The notes beneath the pieces were generated by a model. It saw only the letters and a program-made list of their open reading frames with translations. It did not search any database and was not told where the DNA came from. The position numbers and the translations under genes were made by a program. Shown one piece after another: positions 1 to 10,100 of a stretch of 64,000 nt of DNA (the stretch's first letter is position 1; each line of letters begins with the position of its first letter). The stretch is from Syntrophales bacterium (lineage in GTDB: Bacteria > Desulfobacterota > Syntrophia > Syntrophales > UBA2210). Location of the stretch: contig CAXXNF010000001.1 in NCBI GenBank assembly GCA_963666365.2, positions 1,152,001 through 1,216,000 on the forward strand, written 5' to 3'.

Positions 1-2
1 AG

Positions 3-272
3 CTGTCACCCCGGTCACGCTGGCTATACCGTGAGGACGGTGAGCCCTTTCACTACCCCCAGGGTTGCCGCTGGACACAATACGTTAACGCCTGGAAAAA
101 GATTGCCCAGCGATTTGATGGACCTGTAAGCGCCGAGGGGGTCCCTGTTCAAAATGAACATGAAGAGGCTGCATATTATGCGCTAGGGTTGGATAAAATT
201 CAAAAATTAGAGCCCCTTAGAAAACCGGGGCAAGTGTTTGGATGGGCAAATAGCCGGGCAAATGACAATTAG
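3..272 (+). CDS. Hypothetical protein, 3' fragment running off the window start
   Basis: Frame 3 is open from the window edge (LSPRSRWLYREDGEPFHYPQG...WANSRANDN) to TAG at 270-272. Not in the ORF track because the start is missing. Confidence 0.55.
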   Translation: MSPRSRWLYREDGEPFHYPQGCRWTQYVNAWKKIAQRFDGPVSAEGVPVQNEHEEAAYYALGLDKIQKLEPLRKPGQVFGWANSRANDN

Positions 273-277
273 GGGCT

Positions 278-348
278 GAGGGGTGCCTGTGCTTGACGCC
301 CACCGGGGGAAAGCCCGACCCCTTAAACACGTCAAGCACCAACCCCTC
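278..348. repeat. 71-bp imperfect palindromic (hairpin) element, copy 1
   Basis: GAGGGGT..GTGCTTGACG (278-298) pairs with CGTCAAGCAC..ACCCCTC (330-348). A homologous copy lies at 456-526. Confidence 0.85.
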
Positions 349-377
349 TTCTCCTTGATACAGGATGAGGATCATCA

Positions 378-428
378 ATGATTAAAGTCGATTACAAAAA
401 TAATGGTGTGCAAATCACCTTTATATAA
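378..428 (+). CDS. Possible 16-aa small ORF (MIKVDYKNNGVQITFI) between the two hairpins
   Basis: ATG at 378 preceded by AGGATGAGG; TAA at 426-428. Too short to verify. Confidence 0.2.
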   Translation: MIKVDYKNNGVQITFI

Positions 429-455
429 AAAGCGGCGGGGTTTTCGATCAGGCTT

Positions 456-526
456 GAGGGGTGCCTGTGCTTGACGCCCGCCGGGGGGCACTTGGACCCT
501 TTTTTCACGTCACGCACTAACCCCTC
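456..526. repeat. 71-bp imperfect palindromic (hairpin) element, copy 2
   Basis: The first 24 nt (GAGGGGTGCCTGTGCTTGACGCCC) are identical to copy 1. The 3' arm is CGTCACGCACTAACCCCTC. Same length, 178 bp downstream. Confidence 0.85.
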
Positions 527-636
527 CCTCCCTTCTTTCCTTGAAGGAATATGGTTTACAGTAACACATTGTAATGATAGATAAATAATTCAGTTGTAAA
601 AAAATACACGCCCGCAAAGAAAGAAGGTGGCGGATT

Positions 637-924
637 ATGAATAAAACACTCTTCAAAGAACGATACGAAGCGCTTTACCCTCTCCCCGATGCGGGCTGGG
701 ACACAACCTGGGTGGACCGTCTGCGGAGCTGGGATGATTTTGTTGAAAACGGCGCCACTGTTGCCATGCAACTGCGCCGTCTCCAGGCGTGCGCCGGCGC
801 GTACGAAAAAGATTTTCGCAGCCTGGCGCCTATGCTCCACGATCTCCTTATGGAGGCATTTACCATGACTCCCGAACAGCAGGCCGAGCTCGATGAGTGG
901 AAGGCGGAACTCGGTTTTATCTAA
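637..924 (+). CDS. Hypothetical protein (95 aa)
   Basis: ATG preceded by AAGGTGG; protein-like helical composition; no recognised family. Confidence 0.6.
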   Translation: MNKTLFKERYEALYPLPDAGWDTTWVDRLRSWDDFVENGATVAMQLRRLQACAGAYEKDFRSLAPMLHDLLMEAFTMTPEQQAELDEWKAELGFI

Positions 925-1033
925 TGATCTGTGCATTAATCTTTCTTCTCTTTGAATACACACTAAACGTAGTCAAGGAGAAGAATGATATATAAAATAA
1001 GGCATAACAAAAGATGCGAGAAAGGGCCTAAAC

Positions 1034-1279
1034 ATGAAAGGGAAAAATATCGAAAATAAAGCCCCCGAGATGCGTTTGTGCGCCGAGTGCGGGAAGAAAC
1101 CCACAATAACGGAAAAATCCCCGTATTGTGCATCCTGCATGGCTCGGAGGGCCAACGACAAAAAACGTCTTCAAAAGGCACAGACACGCACAAGCGGTAG
1201 TGATATTAGTATAAACACCAGCCGCCAACCATTAAATATTATCGTTCGCATTGATTTTTCGGTAGTAACCGCTCTATAA
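1034..1279 (+). CDS. Small hypothetical protein with a putative C4 zinc-binding motif
   Basis: CAEC-x12-CASC motif followed by a basic segment. Confidence 0.55.
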   Translation: MKGKNIENKAPEMRLCAECGKKPTITEKSPYCASCMARRANDKKRLQKAQTRTSGSDISINTSRQPLNIIVRIDFSVVTAL

Positions 1280-1355
1280 AATCTCCAAGTACGTGCAAAA
1301 AACTCCGCCTAACCATCCTGAATAAGTCAAAACAATTCTCATAGCGTTTGACGCG

Positions 1356-1394
1356 TTGGGACAAACCATCCGATAAATTGGGACAAACCATCCG
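1356..1394 (+). repeat. Two perfect 17-bp direct repeats TTGGGACAAACCATCCG with a 22-bp period
   Basis: Copies at 1356-1372 and 1378-1394; the AACCATCC core also occurs at 1311-1318. Confidence 0.85.
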
Positions 1395-1462
1395 GCTAAC
1401 TATACCGATGCCGCGCTAACCGCTTCTTCTCCTTCAGCTTTTCCAAAAAAATGAAAAACTTA

Positions 1463-1517
1463 TTGACTCCCACTACATGTTGTGGTCAAATGCCAGAACA
1501 CCTCCAACATATAGTGT
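1463..1517 (+). promoter_or_regulatory. Tandem NrdR boxes overlapping the nrdJ promoter
   Basis: CCACTACATGTTGTGG (1470-1485) and CTCCAACATATAGTGT (1502-1517) match acaCwAtATaTwGtgt and are 32 bp apart. A TTGACT -35 lies at 1463-1468, upstream of an RNR gene. Confidence 0.85.
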
Positions 1518-1563
1518 TTTTTAATTCTGAAGGAATCCAAAACGTACAAGGAGACAGTGCATC

Positions 1564-3792
1564 ATGAATCAGAAAACTTCCCCCAGGATCGCACAATTAA
1601 GCCCCAATGCGATGACCGTGCTGGAACGAAGGTACCTCAAGCGAGACACGGAGGGGAAGGTCCTGGAAAGGCCGGTCGACATGTTCAGACGGGTGGCCGA
1701 AACGATCGCCGCCGCCGATGCCCTTTTCGATAAAAGCGCCGACACAAAAAAACTCGCCGATGAGTTTTTTTCAATGATTGCGGGCCTCGAATTTATGCCC
1801 AATTCTCCCACCTTGATGAATGCAGGACGTGAGTTGGGCCAGCTGTCAGCCTGTTTCGTCCTCCCCGTGGGGGATTCGATGGAAGAGATCTTCGACGCAG
1901 TGAAATTTACCGCCCTTATCCATAAATCGGGAGGCGGCACGGGGTTCTCCTTTTCCAGGCTTCGTCCTGCCAGTGACGTGGTAAAGAGCACGACCGGCGT
2001 ATCCAGCGGCCCCATTTCCTTCATGCGGGTCTTTGATGTGGCCACGGAGACCATCAAGCAGGGCGGAACGCGCCGAGGCGCCAATATGGGGATTCTGCGG
2101 GTGGACCATCCCGACATCATGGATTTTATCATGTGCAAGGCAGACAAAAAGCAACTCAACAATTTCAATATCTCTGTAGGGGTTACCGAGGCCTTCATGG
2201 ATGCGGTGAAGCATGATGAAAATTACGATCTTGTCAATCCGCGCAACGGTGAGCGGACAGGAACGCTGAATGCGCGAAAGGTCTTCAACCGCATCGTCAC
2301 GCAGGCCTGGGAAAACGGCGAACCGGGCATCGTGTTTCTCGACCGCCTGAACCGTGATAATCCGACTCCTCATGCGGGCATGATCGAGTCGACAAATCCC
2401 TGCGGCGAGCAACCGTTGCTTCCCTACGAATCATGCAACCTGGGTTCCATCAATCTGGCGGCTATGGTCGAAAAGGGGCAGATCTCATGGGCGCGTCTCA
2501 AGAAAACGGTCCATCTTGCCGTACACTTTCTCGACAATGTGGTGGAGGTAAATCGGTACCCCCTCCCGGAGATTGCCGCCATGACCTTCGGCAACAGAAA
2601 GATAGGGCTCGGCGTGATGGGCTGGGCCGATATTCTCATTCTTCTGGGCATTCCCTACAATTCGGAAGAAGCGATTGAGCTGGCCGGAAAAGTAATGAAG
2701 TTTATCACCGACGAGGGGCACAATGCCTCGAAGGATCTCGCCGCGCAACGGGGTCCCTTCCCGAATTTCAACGGTTCACTTTTCGATCAGCGAGGAGAAC
2801 CGCCGATCAGAAACGCCACGGTGACCACCATTGCCCCGACGGGGACCATATCGATTATCGCCAGCGCGTCATCCGGGGTGGAGCCGCTTTTTGCCGTGTC
2901 CTACGTCCGCCAGGTCATGGACGATGACATTCTGGTCGAGGTGCACCCCTATTTCGAAACACTCGCGCGGGAGCGGGGATTCTACTCGGCTGAACTGATG
3001 CAGCGCATCGCCGAAAGAGGTTCCCTCAAAGATATTGACGAGGTGCCCGAAGATATTCAGAGAATTTTTGTGACGGCTCACGACATCACTCCGGAAGACC
3101 ATATAAAAATGCAGGCTGCCTTCCAGAAATATACCGACAATGCGGTCAGCAAGACGGTAAACTTTTCAAACGGCGCCACCGTCGACGATGTGGCCACTGT
3201 CTACGAGCTCGCCTATCAGCTCGGGTGCAAGGGCGTGACCATCTATCGCGACGGGTCAAGGGACAAACAGGTGCTTTCGACAGGAAAGGGTGCCCCCGAA
3301 GCGCCGAAGACCGTCATTGCCGAGAAACAAAAGGTGGTAAAAAGACAGCGGCCCAAAGTGCTGCAGGGATGGACCTATCAGATGCAGACGGGGTGCGGCC
3401 CCCTCTATGTGACCGTCAACCAGGATTCAACGGGCCTTTTTGAGCTCTTTACCACCATGGGAAAAGCGGGGGGCTGCGCGGCTTCGCAGAACGAAGCCAT
3501 CGGCCGCATGGTGTCCCTGGCCTGGAGAAGCGGCATACAGCCCCGGCAGGTCATCAAACAGCTCCAGGGCATTTCATGCCATTCCCCCGCCGGATTCGGC
3601 GACAACAAGATCACCTCCTGTGCCGACGCTGTGGCCAAGGCGATTCAGTCGCACATGCTGGAGCATGGCTTTGAAACAGTGCGCGAAAAAGTGTCCTTTG
3701 TGAAGGGTGCCTGCCCCGACTGCGGCGGCATCATGGAGCACGAAGGGGGCTGCGCCGTCTGCCGGCTCTGCGGCTACAGCGAATGCGCGTAG
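1564..3792 (+). CDS. nrdJ: Class II adenosylcobalamin-dependent ribonucleotide reductase
   Basis: PNSPTLMNAG, LSACFVL, GGGTG, TNPCGEQ and TIAPTGTIS motifs; C-terminal TSCAD-type domain and CPDC..CRLC zinc finger; no beta-subunit gene adjacent. Confidence 0.95.
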   Translation: MNQKTSPRIAQLSPNAMTVLERRYLKRDTEGKVLERPVDMFRRVAETIAAADALFDKSADTKKLADEFFSMIAGLEFMPNSPTLMNAGRELGQLSACFVLPVGDSMEEIFDAVKFTALIHKSGGGTGFSFSRLRPASDVVKSTTGVSSGPISFMRVFDVATETIKQGGTRRGANMGILRVDHPDIMDFIMCKADKKQLNNFNISVGVTEAFMDAVKHDENYDLVNPRNGERTGTLNARKVFNRIVTQAWENGEPGIVFLDRLNRDNPTPHAGMIESTNPCGEQPLLPYESCNLGSINLAAMVEKGQISWARLKKTVHLAVHFLDNVVEVNRYPLPEIAAMTFGNRKIGLGVMGWADILILLGIPYNSEEAIELAGKVMKFITDEGHNASKDLAAQRGPFPNFNGSLFDQRGEPPIRNATVTTIAPTGTISIIASASSGVEPLFAVSYVRQVMDDDILVEVHPYFETLARERGFYSAELMQRIAERGSLKDIDEVPEDIQRIFVTAHDITPEDHIKMQAAFQKYTDNAVSKTVNFSNGATVDDVATVYELAYQLGCKGVTIYRDGSRDKQVLSTGKGAPEAPKTVIAEKQKVVKRQRPKVLQGWTYQMQTGCGPLYVTVNQDSTGLFELFTTMGKAGGCAASQNEAIGRMVSLAWRSGIQPRQVIKQLQGISCHSPAGFGDNKITSCADAVAKAIQSHMLEHGFETVREKVSFVKGACPDCGGIMEHEGGCAVCRLCGYSECA

Positions 3793-3878
3793 GGAAACTT
3801 CCCTATGTTTCGTCTTTAAGTATCTGATATAATAATGGAAACACGTTGTTTCCCACAAAAAAAAGAGAAGGTGTCCCC
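3791..3878. repeat. ~90-bp REP/MITE-like palindromic element, degenerate copy A
   Basis: AGGGAAACTTCCCTAT...TGATATAA..TGGAAACACGT...AAGGTGTCCCC aligns along its length with the reverse complement of 10293-10384. Confidence 0.7.
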
Positions 3879-4108
3879 AGAACTACAAAATACTTGATTC
3901 GTTACATTCCTTCGCGATATATACACCTATTATCAGCGTACACGTTCTCCTGTTCTTGAAGGGCGCTCCATTCTATCATACGTATATGCATAAGCGGACC
4001 TGTTGTTCCTGCTGATCTTCCCGTTTCTTTCGGAAAGCTGTGAAGTAATACAGGCGGTTCGTGGTCCCGATTCACTCAGAACCCATGTGTCGGCGACGGA
4101 GGTGCACC

Positions 4109-7100
4109 ATGACGAATTACTCAGGACATTTTACGATACGCAATGGTTCCTGCGGAAAATCTCTCTATTACAGAGGGATCTTTTTAACACTTATTATTAG
4201 CCTCGTTGTATTTTCCGCACCTTTATGCGCCTGTGCCGACGACCCCTTTGCCCCATGGATCCAGGTGAGCCCCCTGGAATTTTCCGATGTCGCCTATGGC
4301 AATGAAAAATTTCTCCTTGTGGATCGCCACGGGGCGATATTCACGTCACCGGACGGCACGGCGTGGACACGACAGGAGTCGGGAACGTCGAAGGAGCTGC
4401 GCGGCGCCGCCTGCGGCCCCGACCGCATGGTCGCAGTGGGTGCGTCGAAGACCATTCTCCTCTCCTTCGACGGCAGCACCTGGCGCCCCCAGGAACAGAT
4501 TTCCGGAGGACCTGCCTACTTTTCGCTCAATGCAGTCGCCTACGGCAACGGCCTCTTTGTGGCCGTGGGCGAAACGTTGCAATCGGGTGCCGGCGTGGCG
4601 CTCACGTCTCCCGACGGCGAGGCGTGGACATTTTACAGTCCGAATTCTTCCTATCTCCATGATGTGACCTACAGCAGCACCCTGGGTCTGTTTGTCGCCG
4701 TGGGTGATTCGGGGGCGATTGTTTCCTCACCCGACGGAATCACATGGACCCAGAGGAATTCAGGCACTTCTCACACACTGCGGGGCATTGCCGAAGGCAA
4801 CGGAACATTCATTGCTGTGGGCGACGCCGGCACGATACTCGGCGCTCTCGATGGAGGCATTGATCAGTGGCGTCAGAAGACATATTCCTCGTCGTTGCCC
4901 CTTTACTCCGTCACCTACGGGAGCGGTTTCTTTATCGCGGCTGGCTATGACTGGGAATGGAACCGAGGGCTTCTTGTCGCCTCCGCCGACGGGGAAGTAT
5001 GGACGAGAACGGAAACGACGGCCACCGACGGCACGGCGCTTGCGTGCATCACCTATGGAAACGGGCGCTTTGTGGCAGTGGGCGGTGAAGAGGGCAATAT
5101 TCTGGCGTCGGATGACGGCGTCGAATGGTCACGGGCAAAAAAGGGGGTTTCCGGATGGCTTACCTCCATCGTCTGCGGCAATAACGGAACGCTTGCGGCA
5201 GTGGGCTATGAAGGAAAAATTGTGGTGTCTTCGGATGAGCTGACATGGGAGGATCGTGCGTCGGGCACGTCGGAAACACTCCTGGACATCACCTATGGGA
5301 ACGGACGTTTTGTGGCTGTAGGAACCGCGGGCATCATTCTGACCTCTCCCGAGGGAGACCAGTGGACAGTACGGTCGGAGGATGTCTTTTATACGCTCAA
5401 CGGCGTCACCTATGGACAGGATTCCTTTATCGCCGTGGGAAACGGGGGGACCGTCGTTGCCTCCGCCGACGGGAGACTGTGGGAAGAACGAGTTTCCGGC
5501 GTCGATGAGGATCTTCTGGATGTCGTCTTCGGCGGGGGGGTGTATGTGGCGGTCGGCATGCTGGGTGCGATCTATACCTCGCCTGACGGTCGTACCTGGA
5601 CAAAAATCGAATCGGGTATTTCCACAACGCTTCTCAGCATCACACGGGACAGAGGCCTCTTTGTGGCCGTGGGCGACGGGGGCACGATTCTCACCTCTTC
5701 CGACGGCGAATCATGGGATCAACACACATCAGGGTTTACCAGCACCCTTCACGCCGTGACCTCAAGCGGCAACCGCTTTGTGGCGGTCGGCGACGACGGC
5801 GTGATGCTCACCTCGGCCGATGGGGCAGAGTGGACACCGGCAGCGGTTATTACCACCCCGATAGTCATATTTCCCACCGACGAAGACCTGTACGGCATTG
5901 CCCAGAGCGATCACCTGATTGCAGCGGGCCGTTTTGGAACCATTCTGAGGTCTTCACGGATGGGATATTCCATTACGGGAAGCATTCTTGATTCATCCAT
6001 ATTGCCGATCGCAGGGGTGGAGGTCAACCTGTTCGATATGGACGGAAACCGCCGTGCCGGCGCCGTAACCCCCGAATCGGGATACTACCGCATTGCCGGC
6101 GTGCCTGCCGGTGAATATCGGATCACCTTTACCAAGGCAGGATACCGCTTCGATCCTTTCTCAACCGTCGTGACCGTCACGGATGGCAATGTGGAACACC
6201 TCGATATCATGGGCGCTTATCCCTATAAAGGAACCGCCATCTGGCCCACCTTTCGTGGCGAGAACCGCCATAGCGGCGCCAGTCACTATGGCGGCCCGGA
6301 AGGTCTGATCCCCCTGTGGAACAGGGACACGGGACATGACGATGCCTGGCACTCATCCGTCCCCCTTCGATCCTCTCCCGCCATCGACGCGAGAGGAATG
6401 ATATACGTCGGCTCCACCAAGGGAATTCTCTACTGCCTTGATCCTCTGGGAAGGGTGAACTGGCGCTATCCCGCCGATGATGTGGACGGGGGCATCGGCG
6501 CAATCGTCTCTTCTCCTGCAATAGGCACCGACGGCTCCGTGTATGTGGGTTCACAGCGCGGCCTCTACGCCTTCAGGCCTGACGGAACACCAAAATGGTG
6601 TTTCGATCTCGCCCAGGGGGCCATCGATTCACCGCCCGTTATCGGGCCTTCGGGCATCGTCTATGCGGGATCCGTCAACGGCCACCTTTACGCCGTCAAT
6701 TCCACCGGGACATTACGGTGGATGTACCCGGCACAGGGAGAAAGCGGGACCATGGGCGCGATTGCGTCGTCTCCCGCAGTAGGAGACGACGGTACCATCT
6801 ATGTGGGATCACAGGACGGCTTTCTCTATGCCGTTACATCGACAGGTTCACTACGATGGCGTTTTCAGACCGGCGGCGCCGTGGATTCCTCCCCCGCCGT
6901 AGGAAGCGACGGCACGGTCTATGTCGGATCGACCGATTGCAACGTCTATGCGATCAATTGCAGCGATGGATCGCTTAAATGGAAATACGCCACGGGGGGG
7001 GCGATAATCGCCTCCTGTGCCCTGGGCGCGGATGGAACTGTCTATATAGGCTCCAAAGGATTTTATGCACTCGGAACCGATGGCGCGCTTCTCTGGCGGC

Positions 7101-10100
7101 ATGACGGTGAAGGGACAAGCTTCTCTTCCCCCGTTGTGGACGCGGCGGGTATGATCTATGCCTGTGGCGATGACGGTACACTATACGGGTTCAACTCCTC
7201 AGGCGATGTACTCTGGTCGCGGCCGGCGGGGAATTGTGTCGCCGCGTCTCCCGCCATCGGTGCTAACGGCATGATATACACGGTATCGGACGACGGCACG
7301 GTATGTGCCTTCGCACGGAACTACACCGAATCCGATGCCGCCCTCCTTGCAGCCCTGTTCATGAAACATTCGGAAAACAGCGAAGCTGCCCGCCAGTTCC
7401 TTCAGCTTCTTGCCGCCGCCTACGGCTTCGACCGGCTCGCAATCCCTGATGTGTCCACGGAACAGGAAGCATATGTACAGTGGATAGAAGACTTCCGATA
7501 TCATCTGGCATGCCGCCCTGCGCCCGATGGCCTGCAGGTGGTGCTTGAAAGAATTCTTCCTTCCCTGAACACCTATATACAGACGATCACCTCGGCCTAC
7601 GGCGAAGATCTCAGCGGCGGAGGAGAGGGGCCGGAACTGCTGATACAACTCACGGCCGGAACCGACAGAACGCCGACTTCCGTTGAATGGCGACTCTTTG
7701 TAAAGACTCCGACGATTGAAGAGCCGAGCCTCCTTTTTGTGGTCGATCCGGTCATGGGCGGCGTGGAAGGGGATATCGGCGCCCTCTACGGCATCGTCAA
7801 TCTCGTCTCCGTGGGGATGGGATTGTATGAGAAATATTCACAGATTACCCTGTCCCTGGAAAACCGCGACATCAACGGTGTACTCGAATACTCCCTTTCG
7901 CTCGTCGCCGAAGAGGGTACGGAGTTCCTTTCAAGCGCCATCGGCCTGGGAACACTTTTTTCCGATGCCTATATGCATTTTTACCACCGATGGCAGGCGA
8001 TCAAAAATGCCGATCCTTCGCCGGGCACCATCGTGCAGGTGGAGAAACTCAGCGACGACTTTACGGCAACAAACAGATACATCAGCCAGGTGGACGAAGG
8101 AGACCATGTGCTCATCGACGTTTCCAGCGAAGAGGTCAAGATGCTCAAGCTGGATGAAGCCGTCGCCTTCCTCGACTCCCTGGGAGAAGCCTTCGACATG
8201 TTCGGCCTGATCTGCGACAGCATGGACCTGGGAGGACTCATTTACGAGCAGGCAACCGATCCCGAGGTGCCGGTGTTTCTAAACTACAAACTCTGGGCCA
8301 CGTCCCTGCAGGTCGCCGGCGGCGTAGTGGCGCTGGCCGGGGTAACTGCGCCGATCGGTATCGGGCTCGCAGTGCTGGGGACCGGAATCGATTATTTCGG
8401 CGGCAGAATCTACGAAATCCAGGCGGATCGCGCCCAGAAAATCAACTTGCTCAACAACCTTGCCCTTACGATGGAAACGCTGATCAGCCAGCGGAATATC
8501 CTTACATCAATGGATACGGAATGGGCTGACCGTCTTGCCGCGAAGTCGCTTGAAAGCGGCGCAGCCTGCGAGCAACTGCTCAATGCCCTTGCCCCGTCGG
8601 AGACGGACACGACAGCCGCCCGGACACTTAAGGTAGGCGCCTATGCGGAAAGTTTCAAGGAATATCTGGCAGACAGAATCGATTACTACAACTACCTTGA
8701 TCAGAAGGCCGCCAATTTTAAAGGCATCGTCCAGACCGCCGTGGATTTTATAGAACTGGCCATGATCCACGCCCTCGATTACAGCGGCGTCGACAATGAA
8801 GGCGTTCCCTTTACGCTCAGGGCCCACATGTGGGGATTTGAGGTAACTCCTCTCGTAGAGTATCTCGACGATCCCGAGTACATATTTCATGCGCTTCCCC
8901 GGAACGGTACGGTGGGACGCCGTTTTATGGTTGAAGACGGCGTCCTGGTTCACGAATGGTGGGACGAGGGCCCCCTCGAGATATCGGAGGATTCCAACTG
9001 GCTGACTTTTCCTGAGGATTTGGGGCTTGATTCGGACCGGCTTTGGGAGCGGCCCGCCACCGGGAAGAAAGCCTGCCTGAACCGATGGCCCTTCTACCCC
9101 GTTTCCGAGGGAGCGGTATTCGGGGACGATGAGGAGATCATCGTCCCCGTGATCGACCGCACTCCCGGAGGAACAGACTGGGTCGCCTATTACGGCATCA
9201 CGCCCGGCGAGGGAGTGGACCCCTCAAAGGGACAGATTCATCTGGGGGGAGACGCCATGGGTAATTATTTACAAAGTCTCCTCATTGTGAACGATGAGGC
9301 GACGGGCGCCCCTCTGAAGAAATTTCATTACAAATATGTACTGGACAAAGAAACGTCCATCGCGCATGCCTTTGATCTGGATTCGTGGCGCTATTCCGAT
9401 GCCTGGGTGTCCACATTCAACGTCAAGGTTCAGGATGCCCTGGCCGGGATCCAGGCGGTGCAGGCCCACTACGAAAGCATGAAATTCATCCAGACGGCAA
9501 AAAAGGGCTACTACCGCCCCGAGATTCCGTCACTCCCTTATGAAAGAGGCTGGTATACACTGCCCTCGCCGATCACCTGGTTTCAGTGCGACCTGGATCA
9601 TCTGGAGGGAGGACCCACGACGACCGCGCTTGAAGGCTGGCAGGAAGTGTACGGGAGCGGTGTGTCCGTTCCCGTGGATATCCCCTTCGTCCGGACGGTG
9701 TATGTCTATTGGAATGCACGAAACGCCGATCCTTCGGGCGATGTGACGCTTTATTTCGGGGACGGGTCGACCTATACAGTGCATATTGAAAACAACATCA
9801 CCATCCGCCATTACAGCGCCGCCGGTTCATCGGACTGGCTGGGCGAGGGCGCAGGCGGCGGTCTTCCCTATCCGCCGCCGGCGGGCACCCATGCCGAGCC
9901 CTGCCTGATCTATCGCTATTTCGACGAGGGCCTCCCCTACTGGCATCGCATCGACCTTCTCATTATTCATATTCCCGAGGCACAGCAGGGCGGTCAGTTG
10001 AAGCGGATCGATTTCGATCCCGATGTCGGCAGCACTCTTCGTCTTTTCGATATCGCCGTCTATGCGGAAGAAACCGTTCCTGCCCTGTCATCCTATCCAC

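Noticed and set aside
278..526. Hairpin repeats as a CRISPR array, tRNAs or attC sites
   Set aside because: Only two 71-bp units with a 107-bp gap; no cas genes, no cloverleaf or TTC arm, and no RYYYAAC/GTTRRRY ends.
1564..3792. Intein or intron in nrdJ
   Set aside because: The length and contiguous motifs leave no room, and no splice-junction motifs were seen.
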